Shown: positions 51,112 to 64,000 of the stretch, piece by piece
Layout: each line of letters starts with the position of its first letter
Position numbering within the stretch: position 1 is the stretch's first letter
Program-made: the position numbers and the translations under genes
NCBI RefSeq assembly: GCF_001194135.2
Contig: NC_068983.1
Span: forward strand, 79,053,409 to 79,117,408
Source: Octopus bimaculoides
Lineage: Eukaryota
Direction of reading: 5' to 3'
Length of the DNA stretch: 64,000 nucleotides
The notes under the pieces: model-generated
Databases searched by the model: none
Told to the model about the DNA's origin: nothing
What the model saw: only the letters and a program-made list of their open reading frames with translations

Positions 51112-51180
<69 letters not shown>

Positions 51181-54169
51181 TGTATATTTGTGTATATGTG
51201 TGAATGTATACACATGTATGCATGTGTGTGTATGTATGTGTGTGTGTGCACGTACTCTTGTCTTGACATCACATAATGATTATAAATGAGCATCGTCATC
51301 ATACAAGACAGGCTAATTGTTTCCAGTCTTTCATGAAAAAGAATCTGGTCTTACTTAGAAACAGGTGAGTGTTGCCAACAGGAAGAGCATCCATGTGAAG
51401 AAAATTTACCTCAATGAATTCCATATGACACATGGAAGCATGGAAAAGTGGACATTAAATGATGATGATAATCATGATGATAATGATGACGACAAAGACA
51501 TGTTCTTTTTTTATTGTGAGTTACTTGGCAACCTCACTAATGTCAGTGCCATGGAAAAAACACCAAGTACACTATGGAAAGTGGTCAGCATTAGGAAAAG
51601 CATCCAGCCTTAGAAACGAACCTGAAGTAGACACTGAAACTTAATGCAGGTTATTGGATCCTGTCAAATCATGCAAACCATACCAGCCTGAAAGATGGAT
51701 ATTAAATAATGATGATGATGATAATGATTACGAAGACCACAATGACAATGACAATGATAATGATGATGATGATGATGATTTCAGCCAACACAAGATTTGA
51801 TATTGTTCTAACTTTACAGATGATATAACATTGATAATTTTTGTTTTGCTCTTGAGATGTATGGAGAGAGAGGTTAAAATGAAAACATAACAGACTCTTG
51901 TAATTTCCATTACTCCTATATTTGGAATGGTAAAAGCAGCTTAGCAGCTTTACTTGCAGCGAAGGAGAAAAATAGTCTAATATGATATCCGTTTGCAACC
52001 TGTAACTATTTACTTGCAAGTTAATGTTGAAATTTAAAGAATCTTCCTGTCTTGTTCACAAGTTAAAATCTGGATGAGTAGTTTTCTCTTAGAGAGAGAA
52101 AGAGAAGAGAGGAGGAGAGAGAGAGAGAGAGAGGGATGACAGGAAACATTACCTCTAATTTCACCTTAAATCTCATGGCTACTATTCACGTTAATTGATT
52201 TCCTTTCAGTGGACAAAACATGAGGCCAAATTTTGCAGAGGAAGCCAGATGTATATAGACATGGCCATGTGGTTAAGAAACTTGTTTAGCAATAACTTGG
52301 TTATGTGTTTTATTCTACTAACTAATTTGGTACCTTAGTTAAGTGCCTACTACCATAGTCTAATGCAATTAGTTGAAGTGGTGCATGAAGAAATAGCTGT
52401 TGCTGCTTTTGGTGTTGTTGTTTAGTCACAGATCAACTCTGATTAGCTAAATCCATGACCAAAGGTATTTGCATCCTATATTTTACTCAAACACAGTGTA
52501 TCTAGGACTATAATATCCAAATGGTCCTTTCTGGAAATGTTACCGCTAATTTCATCTTAAATCTCATTTTGGCAACTCTTTCTAACAGGTCAAGCAACCA
52601 AATAAAGGCTCCCTTCATTGAACCTGGCATTTTTGCTGGCTGTTGTTTTTGTCCTAGGAGTATCAGTAGTAATACTTGTGACTGTTTTATTTTTGTTGTT
52701 TTTCTTGATGTTGTAATAAGTCAACCAGCTTGCTAACTTCTTGATGGAATAATTGCTTCTGTGTTAACCACAATGCCAGCAATTTAGATGGTATCAGTCT
52801 CAGCCAATTAAATTACTAGTACTTTATTTTATAGACCCTGAAAGAATGAAAGGTAAGGTTGACCCAGTAAGATTTGAATTCAGAATGTACAGAATCGGAA
52901 TAGATACTGCAAATCAGTTTTTCTGATGCACTAATGATTCTGCCAGCTTGCCACTAGATTACTCCTATTGTAACCATAGGAGTAATTTAGTTCTGGTTCT
53001 TCCTTCGTTATTTAATAAATAAATTGGGAAAGTCATTGGAGCATCAGATGAAATACCTTGCACTGTTTTGTTCCAGAATCTTAAGATCTGTGTTCAAATC
53101 TTACCAAGGACAACTTTGCTTATCATTCTTCAAGGATTGATGCAAAAAAATTTCAGATAAGTGCAATGGCTAATGGAATCAGACAGAATGCCTTGCAATA
53201 TATATTTTGCATGAACACACATTGACATCAGAGATTAATTGTAACAAAATTGTAAAACGATGCCGACAGCCATGTCTGTATGGCAAATAACTTTCTTCCA
53301 AACCACATTATTTGTCCCAACTCTTAGAGTTCTAAGTTCAAATCATGCATTATGCCACATGGGTTGTAGACATGATCCACTGGCAGTTTAACACTAATAC
53401 CCTTTTCTTGTGTACCTTTTGTGCAGTCCACTCTGTTACAAGCATTTTGTCTAGATTTCCAGTTTGAGGATACCTTTCTCTCTCTCACCACTACTCTCCT
53501 GCAGTCGTGGAAGCCCAGCAAAGGGTCATAGCTACTGCCTTTCTTCCTGGCTAATTGACAAAAATCCTTATCTAGCAAATCTAATAGGTATAGGCATGGC
53601 TATGTGGTAAGATATTTGCTTCCCAACCACATACTATCAGGTTCAGTTTCACTGCATGAGCAAGTTTACTCTAGAGGTTAACCAAAGCCTTGTAAATCGA
53701 CTTGGTAGACAGAAACTGAAAGATGCTTGTCATGTGTGTATCCAACCCATACAAGCATGGAAAAGTGGACTTCAAAACAATTACAATGATGATCCACAAT
53801 TTAAGGCATTAAGCTGTGATTATACTATCTGTTTATATCTAGTACCATATGGAGGTTGATGATATTGCTGCTCTCTCTAGCAGGTCTAGCTACTTCATAG
53901 CAGCACCCTGATTGATTCCTTGATGGTATTGTTGTTGTTTGATATGAGCACAATCTTGATCAACTAAAAATATGATCAAACACCTCCTTTCTTTTTAGGT
54001 TGTTATAGATCAACATTGTCTAACATATCCTGTTCCTACAGAGGTTTTAGGCAATGATTTGAAGAAGATTTCACTGCTATTTCTAGCAGGACAAGTGACC
54101 ACATCGAGAAATCCTTGTAAGTGGTGGTAATGATAATATCCAATGCTGCAAATGTGGCACTGGCAGCAA

Positions 54170-55050
54170 TTATGGTGGTGGTAGCATTGTAATTACGACA
54201 GTGGAAGTAGCTACAGCGATGATAATAGCAGTGGCGGTGGTTGTGGCGGCGGCAGCGGTGGTGGTGGCGGTGCTGCTGCTGCTGCTGGTGCTGCTTCTGC
54301 CAGTGATGGTGGCGGTGGCGGAGGTGGCAGTGGTGGTGACAGCGGCAGTGGTGGTTGTGGTGGTAGTGGCGATGGTGATGGTGGTGATGGTGGTNNNNNN
54401 NNNNNNNNNNNNNNNNNNNNNNNNNNNNNNNNNNNNNNNNNNNNNNNNNNNNNNNNNNNNNNNNNNNNNNNNNNNNNNNNNNNNNNNNNNNNNNNNNNNN
54501 NNNNNNNNNNNNNNNNNNNNNNNNNNNNNNNNNNNNNNNNNNNNNNNNNNNNNNNNNNNNNNNNNNNNNNNNNNNNNNNNNNNNNNNNNNNNNNNNNNNN
54601 NNNNNNNNNNNNNNNNNNNNNNNNNNNNNNNNNNNNNNNNNNNNNNNNNNNNNNNNNNNNNNNNNNNNNNNNNNNNNNNNNNNNNNNNNNNNNNNNNNNN
54701 NNNNNNNNNNNNNNNNNNNGTGGTGGTGGTGGTGGTAGAGGATTTGGTGGTTGTTGTTGTGGTGGTGGTGGTGGTGGTGGTGGTAGAGGATTTGGTGGTG
54801 GCAGCAGCAATAGAATTGGCAATGCAGTCAGTGGTGGTTTGTGGTGGTGGTAGTGGCGATGGTGATGGTGGTGATGGTGGTCGTTGGTGGTGGTATTTGC
54901 AGGGGTGGTGTTGGCAAGAGATATGGCAGCAGCACAGCAGTAGTGGTGGTACTGGTGGTGTTGTTGGTGGTGCTGGTGCTGGTGCTGGTGCTGGTGGTGA
55001 CCATCGCCGTCGTCATTGTTTGGTGGTGGTGGTAGCAGTGGTGGTCAATA
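54170..55050. repeat. (GGT)n-derived low-complexity array spanning a gap
   Basis: GGT/GGC/GAT triplet repeats; explains the poly-Val and poly-Pro ORFs. Confidence 0.9.
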
Positions 55051-55351
55051 TTGTCTCAATCTCTATCGAAATTTAATCACTTTTGGGAAATTTAATCTCT
55101 TGTATGAAATTTAATAAAATATAAATTCATTTCTTTTTTTCTTTTTCTTTCTATACTTTTTATTAGGGATCCAAACTGCAGGGTCTTTAGAAGATTTCCA
55201 AGATTCTGAAATATTCAGCATACATGCCTGCATGCAAGGGCACAATGTCTTCTGTACACTAGTATATTAATAAACATAGTACACTTATACATATATACAT
55301 ACATACATGCATATATACATGCATACATACACACACACATACATAATACAT

Positions 55352-55398
<47 letters not shown>

Positions 55399-55427
55399 TG
55401 TATGTACACATACACACATATATATAT

Positions 55428-55458
<31 letters not shown>

Positions 55459-55498
55459 CACACACAAACATATGTATATATGTGTGTGTGGATATGTT

Positions 55499-55552
<54 letters not shown>

Positions 55553-55910
55553 ATGCATGCAGATTTATCTATATGTATATGAATATATTGGGTACGTGCA
55601 TAAGTGCATGCTCACATGTGTGTACATACGTATATACACACATACATATATATATATGTGTGTATTCATATATATGCATACTTAACTGCACACATACATA
55701 ATCACACACACACATGCCTACATGCATTTGCACATACATGCACATGCAATCATACATTGATACACACATACACACACACATGCACAGAAGTAAAGCCAAA
55801 CAGCTCATTAACTGGACAGCTTGTAACAGTATACTGTTATGTACAAAACAAATTGGTCGCTAGCCATAAGTGTATATTTGGATTAGATTACGATTATAAG
55901 CAGAAATACT

Positions 55911-55959
<49 letters not shown>

Positions 55960-56408
55960 CCTGTGATTTTTTTCAGGTTTTCGAATATGAAGCATGTTAT
56001 ATTGATGGACTATTTGTGAGATGCTCTGTTCATACTCACAATTTGGCCAAGCAATTTTCTTACAAAATTTATTATGCAAGCTTTCACTCTAAAATATATA
56101 TCAAATGGCAGAGTATCTTGAAAGTGCTTACATCAGTTTCACATTGAAAGCACCAGTCTTTATGTAATTGTCAAAGTTAAGCAACATTTAACCTACATAG
56201 TACTTAGATGGGTGACCACTTATTAAATCTAGTGCTCTGAGGACAATGATTAGTTTAGGCACAGGCACAGCTGCATGGTTAAAAAGTTTGCTTTGAAACC
56301 ATGTGCTTTTAGGTTCAATCCCACTGCATGCTACATAAGGCATGATCCTTCTAATCATGGGCTAATCATTGCTTTGCACATGAATTTGGTAGAAGAAAAC
56401 TTCACTTG

Positions 56409-56439
<31 letters not shown>

Positions 56440-56440
<1 letters not shown>

Positions 56441-56560
56441 AAGATAGACAGATAGATAGGCAGATAGATAGATAGATAAGTAGACAGACAGACAAACAGA
56501 TAGGTAGATAGACAGACAGACAGACAGATCGACAGATCAATAGATAGATAAATAAGCAAA
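56440..56560. repeat. (GATA)n/(GACA)n microsatellite; dozens of (TA)n, (CA)n, (AAT)n and (GAT)n tracts occur window-wide
   Basis: Directly visible. Confidence 0.95.
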
Positions 56561-57005
56561 TGATAGAAGATGGATTGTAGTGAACGACAATCCATCTGTT
56601 GTTATTTGTTTGTCCTTCACCTAACTCAGAACCTGAAATTCCTTTGGATTGCAATAGGTGCAGTGAGTGTACCTATGTGTGACCTTGATGACTTGTGTAT
56701 ACTGTCAGCCATTACATGAACATATGCATAACCAGACTACAAATCTCTGTTTAGTAAGTACAGTTTTGTCCTTAAATATTGTCTGTACATGATAACACTA
56801 TCATCACTGACCTGACCTTGGTGCTTCCATTATTTAAGTACCTGATTCTCTTGAATCCTGGAAATTTTGGCGTTAGGAAGGGCATCCAGCTGTAGAAACC
56901 CTGCCAAATCAGACTGGAGCCTGGTGTTGCCATCCGGTTTCACCAGTCCTCAGTCAAATCGTCCAACCCATGCTAGCATGGAAAGCGGACGTTAAACGAT
57001 GATGA

Positions 57006-57066
<61 letters not shown>

Positions 57067-57080
57067 TGCATGTATGCATG

Positions 57081-57136
<56 letters not shown>

Positions 57137-57502
57137 CTAGTTACAAGGAAGAAATTCAATAAATAGACAATATGGGTGTACATACATACATACATGCAGA
57201 CATACATATACATATCTGAATACATATATACATATGTGTGAGGAGATAGACAGACAGACATACATATACAAAGATATGTGTAAGTGTGTGTTTGTGTGGC
57301 TGTGTGTCTGTTATGTCCCCATAATTTTGACAACTCAGCAATAGACAAAATGCTTTTGCTTTGCAATATTTCTTCTGACTCCTTATCTTTCATCCTTTCA
57401 ATATAATAAAGTTCCAGTCAAATTCTAGAATCAATTGTATCAGCTTACACCCATTCTTAAATTACAAGCCTTATACCTATACTAAAACAATTATTAAGAG
57501 TT

Positions 57503-58842
57503 GTGGGGTTGGCAGAAACATTAGGGCATCGGATGAAGTGTTTTGCAGATTTTTCTTCTGCTTCTTTACATTCTGAGTTCAAATTCTACTGAAGTCATAT
57601 TTATCGTTCATCTCTCTAGAACAATTAAAATAAAATACTAGTCAAGTAATCACCTGACCTATCTTCCCTCAAAATTGCTGGCCTTGGGCCTAAACCAGAA
57701 ACAATTAAAGGTGGTAGGCTGGTAGAATCATTACAGCATTGCTCATTTTCTTAGTTCTTCTCATCATGAGTTCAAATTTCACTTAAATCAGCTTTGCTTT
57801 TCATTCTTTCAGAGGTGAGAAAATAAACCAAACTCTGGGGTTAAAGGAATTGATTGTTTCTTGTTTCTTCAAAGTTCATACCAAAAGAGGTGGAATGGCA
57901 GGATTATTAGGGTATCAGGAAAAATGCTCAGGCTCTTTGTCTTCTGAATTTAAATCTTGCCATGGTCAACTATGCCTTATATCCATTCAAGAGTCAATAG
58001 ACTAAAGTACCAGTCATGTCTTGGTATTGAATAATTTCCTTCCCTCAAAAATTGCAGGCCTTATGCCTCATTAGCATGCTTGGAAAAATGCATAGCATCA
58101 TGTCTGCCAACTTTATATATTGAGTTCAAATGCTGTTAAGGTCAACTTTGCATTTCATTCTTTCATGTTCAACAAAATAGGTACCATTTGACTACTGGGG
58201 GTCGATGTAATTGATGCACCCCTTTCTTTAAAACTGCTGGCCTTGTGCCAAAATCTTAAAGAATTATTATTGCTTTTGTTGTTGTTGCTGTTGTTTTATT
58301 ATTATTGTTATACTTCTTCTTCTTCTTTATCTAATCATTATTATTATTATTCAGTAGTTTTATTTTTATAGCATGCTTTCACTTCACTACCGAGCGCAGC
58401 TCTGTGTGCCTTGGGTATGTGCTGTGGTTTGCTGTGATGCTCCTATGGTTACTGTATTGAAAGTGTTTTGCGTAGGATGTGTGTAGTGCCCAGTGGTGCA
58501 ATTTTCTGTATGTTATATATACTTGTAAGTCCTGGTGTTTTTGTTATGTATTTGTCTGAATATTTTTTTATTATACCTAATGCGCCTACTATGATAGGAA
58601 TTGTTTCTGTTTTTAGATTCCACATTCGAGTTACCTCTATTTCCAGGTCTTTGTATTTTGAAAGTTTCTCCATTTCTTTTAGAGAAACGTTGTCATCTGC
58701 TAGTATTGATACATCAATTAGCCAGCATTTGTTTTCTTCAAGGTCTCTGACAACTATATCTGGTCTATTGGCCTTGATTTCTCTATCTGTGTGTATTGGC
58801 ATATCCCAGAGCATGGTTGCTTTCTCGTTTTCTGTGACCTTA

Positions 58843-58876
<34 letters not shown>

Positions 58877-59060
58877 CATTATTATCATTATTATTATTTA
58901 TTAAGGTGGGGAGCTGGCTCTTTGTCTATCTTTACATTCTGAGTTCAAATTCGGAGTCCATAAATTAAGTACCAGTTGGGTACTGGAGTCGATCTAATCA
59001 AATGCCCCCCCCCCACTTGTACTAAATTTCAGGCCTTATGCCTATAGTAGAAAGGATTGC

Positions 59061-59100
<40 letters not shown>

Positions 59101-59500
59101 ATTAGCAGCAGCAGCAGCAGTAGTAATAGCAGTAGTAGTAGTAAGGTAGTTGATTGAAAAAATCACCGCACACTGGGAAAATGCCTTGTGGTAATTAGTT
59201 ACAACTTTTACCATATCCTTTCAAATTCAACCAGGATCAATAACACATCCCTTTCATCATTCTCAGAGTAAAGATTGATAAAATGAATACTAATCAAGTA
59301 TTAATAGTTTGTTAAGTTGACTATATACACACCACACACACACACTAAAATTTATGTAGTCTTGAACCAATGTTATTAACCAACATTTCGTGTTTTGTAA
59401 TACATAGTTGCACTCCTTTACATTCTGAGTTCAAACCCTTCTGAGGTTAACTTTGCCTTTCAGCTTTCTGGTGTATAAGGAGATCAATAAAATAAATAGC
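57503..59500 (+). mobile_element. Cluster of about six same-strand family D SINEs
   Basis: Copies at about 57503-57706, 57712-57885, 57887-58070, 58070-58262, 58905-59057, 59410-59500, each with the GAGTTCAAA-type B-box core. Confidence 0.75.
58351..58841 (-). mobile_element. R4/Dong-like RLE 3' fragment with an open RLE frame, flanked by (TTA)n
   Basis: LWDMPIHTDREIKANRPDIVVRD...WLIDVSI...KEMEKLSKYKDLEIEV...IIVGALG...HILRKTLSIQ* (PD-(D/E)xK RLE). Confidence 0.92.
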
Positions 59501-59746
59501 AGTGACATACTAGAGGAGAAATTTATTAGATCCTTTCAGACATTGTGAGATCAATGCAGTTGATGTTATGGTTATGACAAGTGAGATGTGGGTTGGTATC
59601 CTGAAAGTCTTAGTCAGTTCTTAGAGAAATAACCAAGTGAAATGCTTTGATTCGATATTTCTTCTTTCAAGAAAGATGGAATGGCGAGACATAGTTACAA
59701 TAATGAGAAGAAGATAGATTGTTGTTGTTGTTGCTGCTGTTGTTGC

Positions 59747-59779
<33 letters not shown>

Positions 59780-61806
59780 GAGAGGTATATATGGACATTG
59801 AAGGAAAATTCTGTGCATTACAACATTAAGTGGAGGATACATGAAAAGTGAAAATTTTATTTATACAGCTGTAAGAGGAGCAAACACTGCTTGACTGAGA
59901 AAAGAATCATCCTGAAGAACTCCCTTCATCCAGGCACCTACCTAAATAGTAAAAGTATGGGGTTTTTGCTCCTGCCCTTGGGACCTCAGGTATATTTTAG
60001 ACAACTGTCCAACTGCACTATAATTATAAACACTGGATCTTCTCCTACATGTGTCTCTCCTTACTGCAATCTGAGAATCTGATAAATTAATATGCGATTT
60101 ACCACACTTAACTTTGATATATACAAACACGTATACACACACATGTACATGTACATGACTACATATGATTTTAAAATTTACCTCTCCCAACATACCCCAT
60201 CCCCAATTTCTACCATCCTACTCCAACTCTACCCAAAACCATCCTCACACCACCCTGCCTTCACCCCATTCTCATCTCCTACCTTACAAGCAAATTTCTT
60301 GTATATTGCATAACCATTTTTACTCCTCATTCAGGGGACACAATTCCAGTCAACTTAATATTATTTCTTCTTGCATTTGACATGGGAGATTTCTTCCACA
60401 AATTTCATTCCAGCTCTTTTACAAGAACTGTAAGACATTTGGCCAAGGTGCATCATAGTGGTGGTGGTGGTGGTGGTGGTGGTGGTGGCGTTGGTGGGGA
60501 GTCATCTCAAGATCATGTACTGTGGAGCAAACTCTTTAATGACATCGCTACACTTGGTCTTCATATTCATTAGAAAAATTATTCCATTCAAACTTATTAT
60601 CCAGGTCCCAGCAGCTACAGATAATTACTTTGGAGAAGTACAGTTTACTTTTGTATGCTACAAGAACATTTTATGCAGATATGAATTCCATTGGCTTACA
60701 TCTGTGAGTTCAAATTCTATTGTAGTTTAGTATGGAAAGACAATTTCCTAAAGACAACAAAGCTAATTATCCATTGGCCAAAACAAGCAATTTATTTATC
60801 TAAGTGAAACAGTTGCATCTGAAGTAACTAGTTATGATCTGCATCAGCAAATTTATTTATCTGTCTGACATGAAATAAATAAATATTGATTTCTTATATT
60901 GGCTCAGTGCCATACATTTAAAAGGAAAGAGTTTAGCCAATTGAATGAATATATTCCAGTGCATTCCTAGTACATATATTTTAATCAAGTCCAGAAGGAT
61001 ATAAGGCAAATTTAATCCTCACGGGGTTGGAACTCATAACATGGTAACTAGAACACATAACAGGGTGAAACTAAAATACAGTGAAACTTTTGTTCCAGTG
61101 ATCAGCTTATTACAACCATTCCACTACCATCAGAAATAAATATTGATTGATGAAGAAATATTGATTGATGATTGATAGTTCAACTACACATACATATAAA
61201 GTTAAACATATTGGTAATGAATGAACAGAGATAGAGAGAGAAGGAGGGAGAGAGAGAGAAAAACTGAAAGAAAGTCAGGTTTGGAAAGAAGGAAAGAAAG
61301 AAACTCTATGAGACAAAACGAGGTAGAGAATTACTATTTTGAAATAAATTTGGTATAGCCTAGGGCAAGAACTTTTACTCCTCTCCCTACCACCAGCTTC
61401 ACACAACTCCAACCTAGATAATTTAATTCAGACAAGACTAGACAAGAGCAACACAAATAGCATTTAATTGGTTGCAAGATTGAAGTTAAGTGCATTTGTT
61501 TAACATAGTGTAGAACATTTGCATCATGGATTTTAATCTTTATATTATTATACTGGTTATAGTCACTGGAGCATGGTCAATCTAGAACACGGTCAATCTG
61601 GAGCAATAACTTCAAGGGTCTTACTTATGTAAATCAAATTCACTCATTTTCTATTACTTATTTTATCAAGCTTATAAGAGAAGCAAGGTACAGTAAGACT
61701 TGGCATTAAACAGGGACATAATTAGGTAGAAACACCACAAGGTGTTTCTATTTTGTTTTACACAACACACACACACAAATATATACACATGTATATGCAA
61801 AAATAT

Positions 61807-61869
<63 letters not shown>

Positions 61870-62029
61870 CATATGTATATATGCACACATAGGCATACAC
61901 ATATTTGCATATATGTGCATATGCATGTGTGCTTACAAACATACATATATATATAGATATATATTCAATATATATATATATATATACACAGACATACAAA
62001 CATATTTTTGTATGTATTATATACATGAA

Positions 62030-63110
62030 AGTGCAGGTGGAGCTGAGTGGTAAGAAGTTTACTTCCCAAACACATGGGCCTGGAGTCAGTTCCACTGTGT
62101 AGCACCTTGAATTGATCAAAGTCTACTCACAAGTCTTGTGAGTAGATTTGGTAGGGAGAAACTGAAAGAAGTCCATCATAGGTGTATATACATATACATA
62201 TATTTATCTGGATGAATTCATCTTCGTCCTTTAATAGGAAATTTTTCCATAGATTTCTAATGTGTTTTCCTCATACATTATTTACAAATTTTTAAAATAT
62301 GTATAGGTATGAAAGTATGTAAAGAAATAATCTATATCAGACTTAATTTATTAAACAAAGTTTAATAAATTTCATCAAATAAATGAAATGAAGTAGATTG
62401 GATGTTAAAATGGATTATGGTTTTATTTCATATTCCCAGCTAACTGTTTCGGACAAAAGGACCGAGATTTCCATAAAGAGAACATCATAAAGGTCGAATT
62501 TGTACTCTTCAGTAGGTGAGATTTAAAGTAAAATAAAAATAAACAAGACGTTTGAGATCTACATAGAATTTTTTCTTAGTTATCATTATTATTTAGGTAT
62601 TTGTATATTCATTCTTCCACTCACAATTATTTGAATGGAGACTAAAAATATTAAAGGACTTGGCTGGTTAAATATCTAATACTAAATTTTTGACTTCTTG
62701 ACTATTAAATCCAATAAAAATCCATTTAAAAACTCCCTATAGAAAATACTGGTTAAGATGCATGTGCATGCATGTTCAGAAATACCAAATAAGGAGCTAT
62801 ATGTTATTTAAAATTCATATTTAAAAATTTGTTAACCGTCATCTGTCATTTCTACTATGTTTTTAAGTAAATAGGAAGCTAGTACTAGCATGTGAGATTG
62901 ATTATATGTATGTATGTATATATATGTATTTGTGTGTGTCTCTGTTTTTGTTTTTGTTCTCTACCGCTACCACCACTTGACAACTGGTATTGAGGTGTTT
63001 CCGTACCTGTAACTTAATGAGTCAGCAAAAGAGACCTATAAAATAGGTTCTTTAACATATTGCCCCAACATGGCCACAGTCTAATGACTGAAACAAGTAA
63101 AAGATTAAAA
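62030..63110 (+). mobile_element. SINE family B split at its internal microsatellite (halves 62030-62182 and 62925-63110) by a 700-bp insert
   Basis: The 5' half ends GAAACTGAAAGAAGTCCATC-(TA); the 3' half begins (TG)...CCACTTGACAACTGG and ends GACTGAAACAAGTAAAAG. Confidence 0.75.
62435..62523 (-). ncRNA. Degenerate hammerhead-like motif with extended stem II
   Basis: Minus: CUGAAGA-GUACAAA...UUUGUCC-GAAA-CAG-UUAG-CUG-GG; the cleavage triplet is not NUH. Confidence 0.45.
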
Positions 63111-63960
63111 AGGTATGATAGACATCTGAACAGTTCCTACTACCAAATTTAACAAAGTTTTGGTCAACCTGTTGTTATTGCCAAAAATACCTGTCCAAGT
63201 CTTTTAACCACATGGTCATATCTGCCATTAGGATTAGCAACTTTTTTGCCCATAGTCACTAACTTAGCTGCTACAACTTTGGTTTCAGGAAAAATATTAA
63301 TATTGTTGCAGCATGGAAGATGTTTATAAGCTATTTAAAAACACACAAAATTTATATATGATTTGTGTCAAAATATTTCCATTGCACAAAGTTTTGTCAG
63401 TGAACAGGTTTCAGTTTCAACACCTTTCACACTGCAGTTGTTTCTGTTTCAGCACATGATCTCAGCTCAAGTCACTTGTTATGCAAGTACATCTCCATAA
63501 TATTAATATTGTAGTATTTCAGGATGGTCATTTTTTTTTCCTGTTTGCCAAACAAACACATGCACTATATATTCATGCTTCACTCATTTATTACTGTTCT
63601 AATTTTAAATCATGTCCATTGTCAGGAAATCTTTTATCACACATCTGTGACAGTGACACTTCATCCTTATGTGTGCTCCTGCTCTGATTAGTCCATTTTC
63701 GATACAAATTCATAAACGTAAAAATATCAATGCTATTCTATATGAAAGTTACATATATATTTCTTGAAAATATCTTGTGACTAAGTAAGAAACCCATTGT
63801 TACGTTACCTACTTGGCTATTTTATTGAGGCAATAAGTTTTATATAGACACACACTTCATCTCCTCCTCCTTCTCTCCCCTCTTCTTCTTCTTTGTCATA
63901 ATACATACATACATGCATACACACACACACACATATATATATATGTACATACATATATAT

Positions 63961-64000
<40 letters not shown>

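Noticed and set aside
52521-52736. 71-aa ORF, acceptor-like site and a hydrophobic stretch in another frame
   Set aside because: T-rich composition explains the hydrophobicity; no start or donor support.
59869-59989. Possible 121-bp plus-strand exon (AG...GT, one open frame CKRSKHCLTEKRIILKNSLHPG...)
   Set aside because: No recognisable homology, weak donor and no partner exons; expected by chance.

Overview
This is a eukaryotic, very AT-rich, microsatellite-dense scaffold segment with four N-gaps (391-1014, 39816-40063, 46826-46867, 54395-54719). The repeat families resemble those I recall from coleoid cephalopods (Octopus); that taxon call is pattern recognition, not a search result. I found no convincing host protein-coding exon, rRNA, true tRNA or CRISPR array. 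Nearly all listed ORFs are microsatellite or gap translations, or decayed transposon fragments, so the window looks intronic or intergenic. Interpretable content: (1) four non-autonomous retroelement families, labelled A-D here; (2) decayed LINEs: R4/Dong-like RLE (six pieces), a CRE-like RLE, RTE, RTE-X and another RTE-like family; (3) a Penelope-like (RT + GIY-YIG) element; (4) Tc1/mariner relics, including a DD37D/maT-type copy, and hAT MITEs with 8-bp TSDs; (5) four unrelated fold-back palindromes. The most interesting patterns read from the sequence are: (a) five hammerhead-ribozyme-like motifs from different sequence families plus a degraded homolog of one, three of them in inserts bounded by TA-rich tracts, the best at 51012-51086; (b) four R4/Dong 3' ends each tail-to-tail with a family-D SINE, i.e. 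SINE tails acting as LINE landing pads; (c) two LINEs with an inverted pre-RT piece joined to the sense C-terminal piece and the RT core missing; (d) a probable heterozygous SINE insertion captured across a gap; (e) a CCAAT-TATA promoter or solo-LTR-like island at about 49.1 kb. All family names come from motif recognition and need profile or database confirmation.
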